This document shows, piece by piece, positions 1 to 9,700 of a stretch of 64,000 bases of DNA. The translations under genes and the position numbers were made by a program. Source of the stretch: Eubacteriales bacterium (GTDB taxonomy: Bacteria > Bacillota > Clostridia > Oscillospirales > CAG-272); NCBI GenBank assembly GCA_045533505.1, contig JAZSHY010000025.1:20274-84273 (forward strand), in the 5' to 3' direction. The stretch's first letter is position 1. Each line of letters starts with the position of its first letter. Below the pieces are notes generated by a model, which worked only from the letters and a program-made list of their open reading frames with translations, was not told the origin of the DNA and searched no databases.

Positions 1-1
1 C

Positions 2-994
2 GCCGTCCCGATAGCGAAGGCTCTTGCGGAGGCAGGGGCTGACTTTTTTGCCGTTTCCTCCTTGGAGGAGGGGCTCGCCCTGCGCCCCCACCTTCCGCAC
101 GCCAAAATCCTTACCCTTGGGTATGTTCCGCCCTCGGCGGCGAGGCTTGCCGCCGAGGCAGGGCTCACGCTCGCCGTCTTTGACACGGCCTATGCCCGTG
201 CGCTTTCCGAGTCGCTTGGCAATCAGAGCCTTTCGGTTCACGTCAAGGTGAACAGCGGCATGAACCGCCTCGGCTTTTCTCTTGCGAGAGACCGTCTTTC
301 CGAAACGGTTTCGGAGATTTCGGAGCTCTTCTCGCTGCGCGGCCTTGCCCCCACGGGCATCTTTTCCCATCTCGCCACCGCCGACATTCCGCACGCGAGC
401 TATACAAGCGAGGCTGTTGCCTCCTTCCGCACGGTGCTCGGTGCCCTTGCCCTGCGAGGGATACGGCTTCCGTCGCACATCGCGGCCTCAGCCGCCCTGC
501 TTTCGGGTGAGGGGGCGGGCTTCCCTCTCTCTCGCTTCGGTCTTGCGCTCTACGGCTACTCTCCCACGCGCGAGGACCTCGGCCTTCTGCCCGTGGCAAG
601 GCTTTGCTGTGACATCGCGCAGCGATATACCGCCCCCGCAGGCGCCCCCGTCGGCTACGGAGCAACCTATATCACCAAGCAGCGCGAATGCATCGGCATT
701 CTGCCCGTGGGATATGCCGACGGACTGCCCCGCGCCGCCCAGGGCGCGTTTGTCACGGTAGGAGGTGTCCCCTGTCCCCTTGTCGGGCGGATTTCGATGG
801 ATGCCGCCGCCGTGCTTCTGACCGATGCGCCGACGGATGCCACGACCTGCACCCTCTTCGGAGATACGCCCGACTCTCTCTGGCAGCTTGCCGATGCGGC
901 AGGCACCATTCCCAATGAAATTTTAGCAAGGCTCGGACCGCGAGTGGATAGGATATATGAAAATGAAGGAAGCCTCTATTCTCATTCTGGATAA
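2..994 (+). CDS. alr: alanine racemase, 5'-truncated by the window edge
   Basis: The frame is open from base 2 (AVPIAKALAEAGADFFAVSSLEEG...VHVKVNSGMNRLGF...GRISMD), which is typical of PLP-dependent alanine racemase. The TTG at 62 used by the ORF track is internal. Confidence 0.85.
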   Translation, partial: AVPIAKALAEAGADFFAVSSLEEGLALRPHLPHAKILTLGYVPPSAARLAAEAGLTLAVFDTAYARALSESLGNQSLSVHVKVNSGMNRLGFSLARDRLSETVSEISELFSLRGLAPTGIFSHLATADIPHASYTSEAVASFRTVLGALALRGIRLPSHIAASAALLSGEGAGFPLSRFGLALYGYSPTREDLGLLPVARLCCDIAQRYTAPAGAPVGYGATYITKQRECIGILPVGYADGLPRAAQGAFVTVGGVPCPLVGRISMDAAAVLLTDAPTDATTCTLFGDTPDSLWQLADAAGTIPNEILARLGPRVDRIYENEGSLYSHSG

Positions 995-1865
995 GGACGA
1001 GGGCATGAGCTCTCAGCAGGCCGTCAGCCGTGTGCGCCGCCTCTTTGGCGCCGCCAAGGCGGGCCACAGCGGCACCCTTGACCCTTTGGCAACCGGAGTT
1101 TTGCCCATTCTTCTCGGGCGGGCAACCGTTGCCTCCGAATACCTGCTTTCGGGCGATAAGCATTACATCGCCACCCTCCGCCTCGGCATCACCACCGACA
1201 CCGAGGACAAAACGGGCGCGGTGCTCACCCGTCACACGGGTGCGCTTCCCACCGCCGCCGAGGTGCTGGCCGCAGGGGCGCGCTTCGTCGGCGAGGGGCT
1301 TCAGGTGCCCCCGATGTACAGTGCCCTCAAGCAAAACGGACAGAAGCTCTGCGACCTCGCAAGGCGAGGCATCACGGTGGAGCGCGAGCCGCGGCACATC
1401 ACGGTGTATTCTCTCGTGCTTACCCCCCTTTCGGAGGCCGACTACCGCATGGAGGTCGTCTGCTCGAAGGGCACCTATATCCGCACCCTGTGTGCCGACA
1501 TCGGCGCGGCCCTCGGCTGCGGAGGCGTGATGGCCTCCCTGCGCCGTGCCGAGGCCTCGGGCTTTTCGCTTGAGGAGGCACACACCCTCCGTGAGCTTGA
1601 GGCTATGACCGAGGCCGAAAGGGAAGCTCTCCTTTTGCCCGTTGAGGGACTTTTTGCCTCCTGCCCCGCGGTTGCGCTCCCCCCGTTTTTCGCGCGGCTC
1701 GGGCGTGCGGGTGCCGAGCTCTACCAGCGCAAGCTGGGCACCGACTTTCCCCTCGGCACCCGTGTCCGTCTCTCGGACGGCGAGGGCTTTTTTGCCCTTG
1801 GCGAGGTGAGGGACTTCCCCGATGGGAGCGCCATAAAGCCCATCAAGATGTTTGCATCCCTGTAA
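957..1865 (+). CDS. truB: tRNA pseudouridine(55) synthase TruB
   Basis: ILILDKDEGMSSQQAV...GHSGTLDPLATGVLPILLG contains the TruB catalytic Asp motif. The gene overlaps the alr 3' end. The start could be 957 or 963. Confidence 0.85.
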   Translation: MKMKEASILILDKDEGMSSQQAVSRVRRLFGAAKAGHSGTLDPLATGVLPILLGRATVASEYLLSGDKHYIATLRLGITTDTEDKTGAVLTRHTGALPTAAEVLAAGARFVGEGLQVPPMYSALKQNGQKLCDLARRGITVEREPRHITVYSLVLTPLSEADYRMEVVCSKGTYIRTLCADIGAALGCGGVMASLRRAEASGFSLEEAHTLRELEAMTEAEREALLLPVEGLFASCPAVALPPFFARLGRAGAELYQRKLGTDFPLGTRVRLSDGEGFFALGEVRDFPDGSAIKPIKMFASL

Positions 1866-2001
1866 GGGGCGTCGCGATAAGACCGCGCCGCCGAGGGCGG
1901 CAAGGTCGCGCCGCTATGCGATAGAACCGTGTCACTTTCGGCGCGTGGCCCGATATTGACAAGTAATATTTACAAAACAAGCAAAAAGGAGGACGGTGTG
2001 T

Positions 2002-5000
2002 ATGGATTTCACCCACGAGCAGAGGCGCGCCATTGACACGAGAGACCGCACGCTTCTGGTTTCGGCGGCGGCGGGCTCAGGGAAGACCGCCACCATGACA
2101 GAGCGCATTATCTCCTCTCTCACCGCGAGGGAGAACCCCGCCTCCCTTGCAAGGCTTGTGATTGCCACCTTCACGGTGGAGGCCGCAGGCGACATGAAAA
2201 AGAAAATCGGCAAGCGGCTTGCCGAGGCCATAGAGAGGGACCCTGACAACCAACGCCTCCGTCGCGAGGAGCTTCTTCTTCCCTCGGCGCGCATTTCAAC
2301 GATTGACGCATTCTGTCTGCGGCTTTTGCGACAGAATGCCGACAAGCTGGGGCTGCCCCCCTCCTTCCGTATTTCCGACTCCGCCGAGGGGGCGCTTCTC
2401 TCCTCGGAGGTGCTTGAAGCGCTCCTTGAGGATTTGTACGCAGGGCTCTGCCCCGAGGTGGGAGCCGAGGAATTCTGCCTTTTGGCCGACACACTCTCGG
2501 GGGCTAAGAGCGAGAGCGACGTCTCTGCCTTTTTGCTCTTCCTTTACGAGAGGCTGCGCCACGAGGTGAAGGGGCTTTCGGAGCTCACACGGGCGGGCGA
2601 GGGCTACCGCGCCTCGGTGGGGCTTTCGCTCATTGCCACCCGCTACGGCGAGGAGATTGCCCTCCGCTATGCCGAAATCTTCGAGGACATTGCAGCTGCC
2701 TACGAGAGGCAGACCGAGCTCCTTTCGACCTTCGACGAGCCCTCTCTTGAAAAAAGAATTCCCTTCTGCCTTGACGAGGCCAAGCTGCTCCTCTCACTGG
2801 CAGCAGGCCTTCGTGAGCGAAATGCCTCTCTTGTGCGGAGTCTTCCCACCCTCGGGCGGATTCCCGGTGCCAGGGCAAACGACAGCCGCGAAAACGGCGT
2901 GCTGTCCTCTCTTCATACCCTTGCCTCCGGGAAGCTTGCGGAGCTGCAACGCTTCTTTGCCTACCGCGACGATGAGACCGACGAGCTCTGCCGCCGCCTT
3001 GCCGAGCTTTGCGACCTTCTTTTCCGCGTGCTTTCGCTTTTCGATGCCCGTCTCTCCGCCGAGAAGCGCAGACGTCGGCTTCTTGACTTCCTTGATATCG
3101 AGCGCCTTACCCACACCCTCCTTCTTGACGGGGATGGGAACAAAACGCCGCTTGCCGCCGAGCTTGCCGCAGGCATTGACGGCATTTATATAGACGAGTT
3201 CCAGGACGTCAACGCGCTGCAATACGACATCTTCCGCGCCATCGCGAGAGATGACAACCTCTTTATGGTGGGAGATGTCAAGCAATGCATCTACGCCTTC
3301 CGCTTTGCCGAGCCCGCCATCTTTTCGGCTCTGCGCGCCGCCTACCCTCCCATGGAGGAGGCAACCCCCTCGGCAGAGCCGTCGTGCGCCTCCTCCGCGA
3401 AGGGGAGCCCCGCGCCCGCCTCGCTCTTTTTCACCAAAAATTTTCGCTCCGACAGACCTATCATTTCCTATGTCAACCGTGTGGCAGGCAGGCTTCTTGC
3501 CGCCGCGGGTGGCTCTCCCTACACGAGAGATGACGAGCTTTCCTTCGGCAAGGTAGAAAAAGCACAGGGCGCTGAGCCCGTCACCACGCATATCTTTGAG
3601 CTCCCCACACGCAAAAAGAGCGACACACCTCTCTCCGAGGAGGAGAGGGCAGCCCTTTCCGAGCGGGAAAGCCGTTTTGTCGCCGCCGAAATCTCCCGTC
3701 TGCTGGCCTATGGGCGCAAGAACGACGGCAGCCCCATCCGCCCCTCGGACATCGTCCTTCTTTTCCGCAACAAGAAGGCCATGGCCCCCTACCTTGCCGC
3801 CCTTGAGGGCATTGCCCCTCTCGCGGTAGGAGAGGACAGCGACTTTTTTCAGAACCCCGAGGTGCTTCTCGCCCTCTCTCTCCTTTACATCATTGACAAT
3901 CCGCGGCGCGACATCTATCTCGCGGCAGCCCTCCGTTCTCCCGTCTTCGGTATGAGCCTTACCGAGCTGTCTGCCATTCGGCGCGAGGCAAGAGAGGCCT
4001 CCTGCCTCTTTGATGCCCTCGTGCAGTATGCCGAGGCGCATGCGGAATTCAAAAAGGGAAAACGTTTTCTCTCCACCCTTGCCTCCTGGCGTCGCCGTGC
4101 CGAGGGTGAAACCGTGGGCGGGCTCGTTCTCGCCGTTTTTGAGGATGCGGGCCTTATGAGCCTTTCGGGTAAGGGAAGCTCGCCGCGCCACGACAATCTC
4201 TACCGCTTTTATCAGTACGCGCGAAGCTTTGAGGCCTCCTCCTACGAGGGGCTTTACAGCTTCATCGCCTATATCAACGCGGCCATACAGGGGGGCGCCA
4301 AGCTTCTGAAGCCCGCAGAGGGCGGGGGCGAGAACGCCGTCAGGCTTACGACAATTCACGCCTCCAAGGGGCTGGAATTCCCCGTGGTCTTCCTCTGCGC
4401 CCAGGAAGCTCACTTCAATGACAGGGACAGCCAGCCAACCCTGCTTTATGACCGCACCTACGGCCCCGTGGTCCGACTTTTGAACGAGAGAGGCGACGCC
4501 GCGGAGAACCCCATCCGCCTGCTTTGCAAGCAGCGCCTGCAGGAAAAGGTGCATGAGGAGGAGATACGCCTTCTCTACGTGGCGCTCACACGCGCCCGCG
4601 AGAGGCTGTATGTCACGGGCTCTCTCACAAAGCCCGAGGAGAAAATGGAGGAGGCTCCGCTCTTCTCTCTCCTTCCTTACCGCTGGCGGCTTCTCTCGGT
4701 GACCTCTCCGCTTGGGTGGATTTTGCCCCTCCTCGCCGAGGAGAACGACAAATATCTCCTCCTCCACCCGATAGGGACCGACGGCACGGAGCCGACTCCC
4801 GTTTCGCTTTCCCTCTCGGACAAGAATAGCGAAAACGTTTTCGCAAAAGGCGAGAGCAAGGAGGAGCTTTTGGCGCTTCTCCGCCGACGCCTTGCCTTCT
4901 CTTATCCCGACAAGGCACTCACCTCACTGCCCGAGAAGCTTTCTGTCTCGGACCTTTCGCCCCGTGTGCTTGACGGGGAGGACGGCACCGTGGCCATCTC

Positions 5001-5658
5001 CTCACTCGCGGCGGGTAGAAAAAGGAGCTATCCTCGCTTCCTGTCGGGTGCCCGCGAGGACGAGGGTGCGCTTCGCGGCACCGCCACTCACCTCTTTATG
5101 CAGTTCTGCGACTACCGCCGCCTCGCCGAGGAGGGTGCGGAGGCCGAGCTTTCCCGTCTTGTCCGTGAGGAGTTCATCACCCCCGAGGACGCGGCGCTCG
5201 TACGCATGGACGAAATTGACGTCTTCCTGCACTCGTCCCTCTTTGCACGCCTCCTCGCGGCAAAGGGTGTGCGTCGCGAGCTTCGTTTTCACGCGCTTCT
5301 GCCCGCCGCGCGCTTCACGGAGGAGCCCGAGCGCCGCGATGCCCTCGCGGAGAGCCGCCTGCTCGTGCAGGGAGTTATCGACTGCATCATAGAGGAGGAT
5401 GGCTACACGGTTATCGACTACAAGACGGACCGTCTCACGGCAGACGAGCTCGCAAGCAGGGAGGCGGCTGCCGCCACTCTTATCGCACGGCACGGGGCGC
5501 AGCTTTCCTACTACGCCGCAGCCTGCCGCGAAATGTACGGTGAAGCACCGCGTGAGCTGCTGCTCTATTCGCTCCCCCTCGGCGACACGGTCCCCGTGCC
5601 GCTGCCCGAGCAGGCTCCCGCCGGGCAGGGCGCGCCCTCCCGCAAAAAACGCCCTTGA
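2002..5658 (+). CDS. addA: ATP-dependent helicase/nuclease AddA-like (UvrD/Rep helicase with a C-terminal PD-(D/E)XK nuclease)
   Basis: The N-terminus FTHEQRRAIDTRDRTLLVSAAAGSGKTATMTERI carries a Walker A motif. UvrD-type motifs are present (YIDEFQDVN, TIHASKGLEFPVVF, LLYVALTRARERLY). The C-terminal nuclease motif is GVIDCIIEEDGYTVIDYKTD. ATG at 2002 is preferred over GTG at 1996. Confidence 0.8.
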   Translation: MDFTHEQRRAIDTRDRTLLVSAAAGSGKTATMTERIISSLTARENPASLARLVIATFTVEAAGDMKKKIGKRLAEAIERDPDNQRLRREELLLPSARISTIDAFCLRLLRQNADKLGLPPSFRISDSAEGALLSSEVLEALLEDLYAGLCPEVGAEEFCLLADTLSGAKSESDVSAFLLFLYERLRHEVKGLSELTRAGEGYRASVGLSLIATRYGEEIALRYAEIFEDIAAAYERQTELLSTFDEPSLEKRIPFCLDEAKLLLSLAAGLRERNASLVRSLPTLGRIPGARANDSRENGVLSSLHTLASGKLAELQRFFAYRDDETDELCRRLAELCDLLFRVLSLFDARLSAEKRRRRLLDFLDIERLTHTLLLDGDGNKTPLAAELAAGIDGIYIDEFQDVNALQYDIFRAIARDDNLFMVGDVKQCIYAFRFAEPAIFSALRAAYPPMEEATPSAEPSCASSAKGSPAPASLFFTKNFRSDRPIISYVNRVAGRLLAAAGGSPYTRDDELSFGKVEKAQGAEPVTTHIFELPTRKKSDTPLSEEERAALSERESRFVAAEISRLLAYGRKNDGSPIRPSDIVLLFRNKKAMAPYLAALEGIAPLAVGEDSDFFQNPEVLLALSLLYIIDNPRRDIYLAAALRSPVFGMSLTELSAIRREAREASCLFDALVQYAEAHAEFKKGKRFLSTLASWRRRAEGETVGGLVLAVFEDAGLMSLSGKGSSPRHDNLYRFYQYARSFEASSYEGLYSFIAYINAAIQGGAKLLKPAEGGGENAVRLTTIHASKGLEFPVVFLCAQEAHFNDRDSQPTLLYDRTYGPVVRLLNERGDAAENPIRLLCKQRLQEKVHEEEIRLLYVALTRARERLYVTGSLTKPEEKMEEAPLFSLLPYRWRLLSVTSPLGWILPLLAEENDKYLLLHPIGTDGTEPTPVSLSLSDKNSENVFAKGESKEELLALLRRRLAFSYPDKALTSLPEKLSVSDLSPRVLDGEDGTVAISSLAAGRKRSYPRFLSGAREDEGALRGTATHLFMQFCDYRRLAEEGAEAELSRLVREEFITPEDAALVRMDEIDVFLHSSLFARLLAAKGVRRELRFHALLPAARFTEEPERRDALAESRLLVQGVIDCIIEEDGYTVIDYKTDRLTADELASREAAAATLIARHGAQLSYYAAACREMYGEAPRELLLYSLPLGDTVPVPLPEQAPAGQGAPSRKKRP

Positions 5659-5684
5659 CAAGCCGCTGTCCCATATAGTATAAT
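5655..5684 (+). promoter_or_regulatory. sigma-A type promoter for the TAXI-TRAP operon
   Basis: TTGACA (5655-5660), an 18-nt spacer, then TATAAT (5679-5684), located 65 nt upstream of the 5750 start. Confidence 0.55.
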
Positions 5685-5749
5685 GAAAACCAAGATGTGC
5701 CTTATGTGCCTTCATTATGTATTATTAATCGCTTGAAAGGAATCACGTT

Positions 5750-6778
5750 ATGAAAACCTCAAAACGCATTCTCTCCTTCTTCATGATGGCCGTTATGGTC
5801 GTCCTCTCGGTGGCCTCGCTCGCCTCCTGCGGCGGCGCAGACGAATTCATCTTTTCCACGGGCGGCCCCCAGGGCACCTACTACGGCTTCACCACAGCCG
5901 TGGCCCAGAAGCTCACCGACTCCATCGACGGCATGAAGTTCACCGCCGTAACCTCGGGCGGCTCCAAGGCCAACATTGAGGCCATTGCCGACGGCGAGGC
6001 CCAGTTCGCCATCGTGCAGAACGACGTTATGATTAACGCCTACAACGGCCTCTCCAATTTCACGGGCAACCAGATTCGCGATTTCTCGGTCATCGGTGCC
6101 GTGTATCCCGAGGTGTGCCAGATTATCGCTCGTGCCGACGCGGGCATAACCTCGGTGGCTGACCTCCGCGGCAAGCGCGTGTCGATTGGCGCGCAGGGCT
6201 CGGGTGTTGTGACCAATGCTACCCAGATTCTTGAAACCTACGACATCTCGCTTGACGACATCACGGTGCAGAACCTTGACTCGGGTGCCTCTGCCGATGC
6301 CCTCCAGAACGGCAACCTTGACGCCTTCTTCTTCACGGGCGGCGTGCCGACGCCTGCCATGGTGCAGCTTGCCACCTCGACGGACATCGTGTTCGTCTCT
6401 CTCGACGACACCGCCATCGCCTCTCTGAAGGCCGAGAGCCCCTTCTACGTTGAGGTCGCTCTCACCAACAGCACCTACGACTTCATTCCCGCCGGCACCA
6501 CTGCCAAGGCGGTTGCCGTCACAGCCACCTACATCGTGGGCAACGATGTGGATAAGGATGTTGCCTATCAGGTCACCAAGACGCTTTGGGAGAAGCAGGC
6601 CGAGATTGCCGCTGCCCACGCCACGGGCAAGAGCATGGACATCAGAACCGCCCTTCTCGGTATGGACAATGTGCCGATTAACGAGGGTGCCAAGCGGTAC
6701 TATGAGGAATATCTCGCCGCCTACAACGCAGAGAACGGCACAAGCTTCACCTTTGATGCCTTCTATCTCGGCAAATAA
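5750..6778 (+). CDS. TAXI-family TRAP transporter solute-binding lipoprotein
   Basis: Signal peptide with lipobox LASC|GG. The STGGPQGTYYGFTTAVAQ motif is typical of TAXI receptors. An RBS GAAAGGA precedes the ATG. Confidence 0.8.
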   Translation: MKTSKRILSFFMMAVMVVLSVASLASCGGADEFIFSTGGPQGTYYGFTTAVAQKLTDSIDGMKFTAVTSGGSKANIEAIADGEAQFAIVQNDVMINAYNGLSNFTGNQIRDFSVIGAVYPEVCQIIARADAGITSVADLRGKRVSIGAQGSGVVTNATQILETYDISLDDITVQNLDSGASADALQNGNLDAFFFTGGVPTPAMVQLATSTDIVFVSLDDTAIASLKAESPFYVEVALTNSTYDFIPAGTTAKAVAVTATYIVGNDVDKDVAYQVTKTLWEKQAEIAAAHATGKSMDIRTALLGMDNVPINEGAKRYYEEYLAAYNAENGTSFTFDAFYLGK

Positions 6779-6800
6779 GAGATAGTCGGCCTCGCACAGC

Positions 6801-6842
6801 AAAATCCGCAGGAGCCTCTGTGCAGAACTGCGGATTTTCTTA
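6801..6842 (+). terminator. intra-operon hairpin/attenuator between the TRAP binding-protein and permease genes
   Basis: An 11-bp stem aaaatccgcag / ctgcggatttt is followed by a T-rich run. This fits partial termination giving an excess of binding protein. Confidence 0.45.
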
Positions 6843-6866
6843 TGTAAACCGAAGGAGGACTCCATT

Positions 6867-9038
6867 TTGTCAACAGCAGAACTCGCCACAAAAAGCGCAG
6901 AGGAGATTATGAAGGAGGTGGACCGAGAGTCCAACGTCCGCACCTTTGTCGGTGTGCGCGCCCTTGTCATCAAGTACGCGAAGCTCCTCGCCTCGGTCTT
7001 TATGATTGCGCTTTCGCTCGTTATCACCATCTCTCCCGAGCTTTCAAAGCCGATTTTCGTCGGTATCATTCTCATTTTCGCCTTTCTCACCTTCCCTGCC
7101 TACAAGAAGCAGTCGAAGCTTGTCAACTACATTCCGTGGTATGACTTCGTCCTTGTGGGGCTGACGGCGGTATGCTACCTTTACCCCGTCATTCGCCATG
7201 ATGCCATTGTGGAGATGAGCAAGCGCATCGGTACGCTGGAAATTATCGTTGCCCTTGTGGCAATCGCCCTGCTCGTGGAGGCCTGCCGCCGCGCGGTGGG
7301 TGTGCCGATTCTCTTTGTGGCAGGCGGCTTCAGCGTCTACGCCTTTATCTGGCTGAGCCGCAACCCCGCCACCATGCTTCGGAACTTCTGCTACGAGATG
7401 TTCTTCAACGTGTCGGGCGGTATTTTCTCCACGCCCGTCAGCGTGTGCCTCAACTTCATCGTTCTCTTTATCATTCTCGGCTCCTTCCTTGAAAAGACGG
7501 GAATCGGGAAGTTCTTCGTTGACCTTGCGAACTCTATCGCGGGGGCCTCGGCAGGCGGCCCTGCCAAGGTGGCCGTCATTTCCTCGGCGCTTGAGGGAAT
7601 GTACTCGGGCAGCTCGGTGGCCAACACGGTTGGCAGCGGCAGTGTCACGATTCCTGTGATGAAGAAAAGCGGCTACCGCCCCGAATTTGCGGCGGCTGTC
7701 GAGGCGGCGGCCTCCACGGGAGGGCAGATTATGCCTCCTATCATGGGCGCGGCGGCCTTCCTGATGGCCGAAATCACGGGTGTTCCGTACGCTACCATTG
7801 CCGTGGCCGCCATTCTCCCCGCCCTCCTCTATTTCGGCGGTATCTTCGTGATGGTTCATTTTGAAGCCAAGAAGCGCGGCCTCAAGGGGCTCCCCAAGGA
7901 CGCCATTCCAAGCTTCCTGAAGCTTCTTCTCTCGAACGGATATCTCCTTCTTCCCGTTGTGGTGCTCGTCATCTGCATGAACCACTTCACGGCGGGTATG
8001 TCGGCCTCGTATGCCATACTGGCCGCCCTCATCGTCAGCCTTATTGACCCCCATCTCGGCAAGGCGCGCTTCGGCGGCAGCTACAAGAACCCCGAGGCAA
8101 GGGCAGCCATTCTCCGTTCTGTCCTTCTGCCTCTTCTTCCGATTACGGTGCTCGCCCTTTACCACATTCTTTTCGGGGCAGGTGTTCTCACCGTGGCGTG
8201 GCAGGGGCGGTTCGTTTTCATCGCTATGCTCACCGCCGTTGGCTGCAGCTTCTTCACAAAGGGGGCCATTCTCACCCCGAAGGTCGTTGCCGACGGGCTT
8301 GAGGGGGGTATGTCCAACTCGGTAGGCGTTTCCATTGCCTGCGGTGTTGCGGGCGTTATCTCGGGGGTTGTCACACTGACGGCTCTCGGCAGCACGCTCG
8401 TCGCCACCATCGTGCCGATTGCGGGAGAAAACATTCTGATTGCCCTCTTCCTGACCATGCTTGCCTGTATCGTGCTCGGTATGGGCGTGCCCACCACCGC
8501 CAACTACATTATTATGGCAACGACAACCGCGCCGATTCTGCTCGGCATGGGCGTGCCTACCCTGGCGGCGCACCTCTTTGTCTTTTACTTCGGAATCGTG
8601 GCAGATATCACGCCTCCCGTGGCTCTCGCCGCATATGCGGGCAGTGCGATTGCAGGCTCGAACCCCTTGAAGACGGGGCTCAACGCCACCCGCCTTGCCA
8701 TCACCGCCTTTATTATCCCCTACATTTTTGCCCTCAGCCCCGATATGCTCCTCGTTTGCGAGGGATATGAGGCCTCCTTCCTCGCCATCGTGCGGATTCT
8801 CTTTACCTCGCTGCTCGGTATCGTCTCGATTTCGGCAGCTCTTGAAAACTATCTGCTTCACAAGAACAAGGTCTGGGAAACCGTCCTCTTTGCGGGCGGC
8901 GGGCTTATGCTCGTGATGCCCGACCTGACAACCGACATTATCGGTATTGTCTGCATCGCACTGGCCTTCTCCTCGCACCTCTTCTTTGACAGGCTCTTCC
9001 GCCGCAAGGGAAGTGAGCCTCAGGAGCGCGAGCTGTAA
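6867..9038 (+). CDS. TRAP transporter fused permease (4TM/12TM, TAXI-type)
   Basis: A 723-aa polytopic membrane protein. TTG start at 6867 is preceded by GAAGGAGGA (6851-6859). It follows the TAXI receptor directly. Confidence 0.8.
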   Translation: MSTAELATKSAEEIMKEVDRESNVRTFVGVRALVIKYAKLLASVFMIALSLVITISPELSKPIFVGIILIFAFLTFPAYKKQSKLVNYIPWYDFVLVGLTAVCYLYPVIRHDAIVEMSKRIGTLEIIVALVAIALLVEACRRAVGVPILFVAGGFSVYAFIWLSRNPATMLRNFCYEMFFNVSGGIFSTPVSVCLNFIVLFIILGSFLEKTGIGKFFVDLANSIAGASAGGPAKVAVISSALEGMYSGSSVANTVGSGSVTIPVMKKSGYRPEFAAAVEAAASTGGQIMPPIMGAAAFLMAEITGVPYATIAVAAILPALLYFGGIFVMVHFEAKKRGLKGLPKDAIPSFLKLLLSNGYLLLPVVVLVICMNHFTAGMSASYAILAALIVSLIDPHLGKARFGGSYKNPEARAAILRSVLLPLLPITVLALYHILFGAGVLTVAWQGRFVFIAMLTAVGCSFFTKGAILTPKVVADGLEGGMSNSVGVSIACGVAGVISGVVTLTALGSTLVATIVPIAGENILIALFLTMLACIVLGMGVPTTANYIIMATTTAPILLGMGVPTLAAHLFVFYFGIVADITPPVALAAYAGSAIAGSNPLKTGLNATRLAITAFIIPYIFALSPDMLLVCEGYEASFLAIVRILFTSLLGIVSISAALENYLLHKNKVWETVLFAGGGLMLVMPDLTTDIIGIVCIALAFSSHLFFDRLFRRKGSEPQEREL

Positions 9039-9042
9039 AAGC

Positions 9043-9083
9043 AAAAAAAAGAACGAATCGGGAAGCCGATTCGTTCTCTTTTT
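9043..9083. terminator. bidirectional rho-independent terminator (copy 1 of a duplicated terminator)
   Basis: A-run, stem gaacgaatcgg (9051-9061), loop gaag, stem ccgattcgttc (9066-9076), then a T-run. It lies between the TRAP permease stop (9038) and the convergent DUF2493 gene stop (9086). Confidence 0.75.
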
Positions 9084-9085
9084 GC

Positions 9086-9418
9086 TCAATCAAGGCGAAT
9101 GACGGTAACCTCCTTCTCCCGCCGCAAAAAGGCGCGAATGGTGTAAAGCGTTCCCGACGAGCGCCCGTCCCAGAAGGCAAGCGCGGCGTCGGCGTAGTCG
9201 GCAATTTGCTCGTTCCTCTTTAGGGGTGCACCCCTGCCAAAGCGGCGATAATCGGGCAAAAAGACAGTCAGCCTCAAGCCCTTTTGACGGGCATACTCCT
9301 CCGCGCACCTGTCAATCCCCCGCGCTCCTCCCGAAACCACCTCGCGGCAGGAATCGGGAACGTAGCGCGCAAGCTCCACGCTTTCAATACCTCTCGAACC
9401 GATAACAGCAAGCTTCAT
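9086..9418 (-). CDS. DUF2493 / SLOG-family (DprA/LOG-like Rossmann) protein
   Basis: MKLAVIGSRG...VVSGGARGIDRCAEEYARQKGL...FLPDYRRFGRGAPLKRNEQIADYADAALAFWDGRSSGT matches the pattern I recognise for DUF2493. ATG at 9418 with GAGGTG upstream. The longer ORF-track start at 9478 is unlikely. Confidence 0.6.
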   Translation of the reverse strand: MKLAVIGSRGIESVELARYVPDSCREVVSGGARGIDRCAEEYARQKGLRLTVFLPDYRRFGRGAPLKRNEQIADYADAALAFWDGRSSGTLYTIRAFLRREKEVTVIRLD

Positions 9419-9525
9419 AAGCACCTCGTAACCATATTTTGAACATATTTTATGTTCGTTTATCCCATAATAACACAAAATAGCACTAAATTAAATGTAT
9501 ATTGTGTGAATTGTGAGGTTATTTT

Positions 9526-9693
9526 ATGGCTACAAAGAGTCTTTCTATCCGAATTGATTCCGAAATGCTTGACAAGCTGCACTGCATTGCCGACTATGAG
9601 GGGAGAAGCGCCAACAGTCAGATTCTCATTCTTATCCGCGACTGCATTGAGCGGTACGAAAAGCTGCTGGGTGAGGACCTTGGAAAGAAATAA
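9526..9693 (+). CDS. ribbon-helix-helix (Arc/CopG-like) DNA-binding protein, 55 aa
   Basis: Below the ORF-track size cutoff. Sequence: MATKSLSIRIDSEMLDKLHCIADYEGRSANSQILILIRDCIERYEKLLGEDLGKK. It shows the beta-strand, helix, helix pattern of RHH repressors. GAGG lies 8 nt upstream. It is divergent from the DUF2493 gene across an AT-rich spacer. Confidence 0.55.
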   Translation: MATKSLSIRIDSEMLDKLHCIADYEGRSANSQILILIRDCIERYEKLLGEDLGKK

Positions 9694-9700
9694 TAAAAGC

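Noticed and set aside
2794-4767. 657-aa ORF on the minus strand
   Set aside because: It is antisense to addA and has no recognisable motifs.
7044-9089. 681-aa ORF on the minus strand (also 5759-7090)
   Set aside because: It is antisense to the TRAP permease and binding-protein genes. The product is a highly charged Arg/Gly/His-rich artefact.
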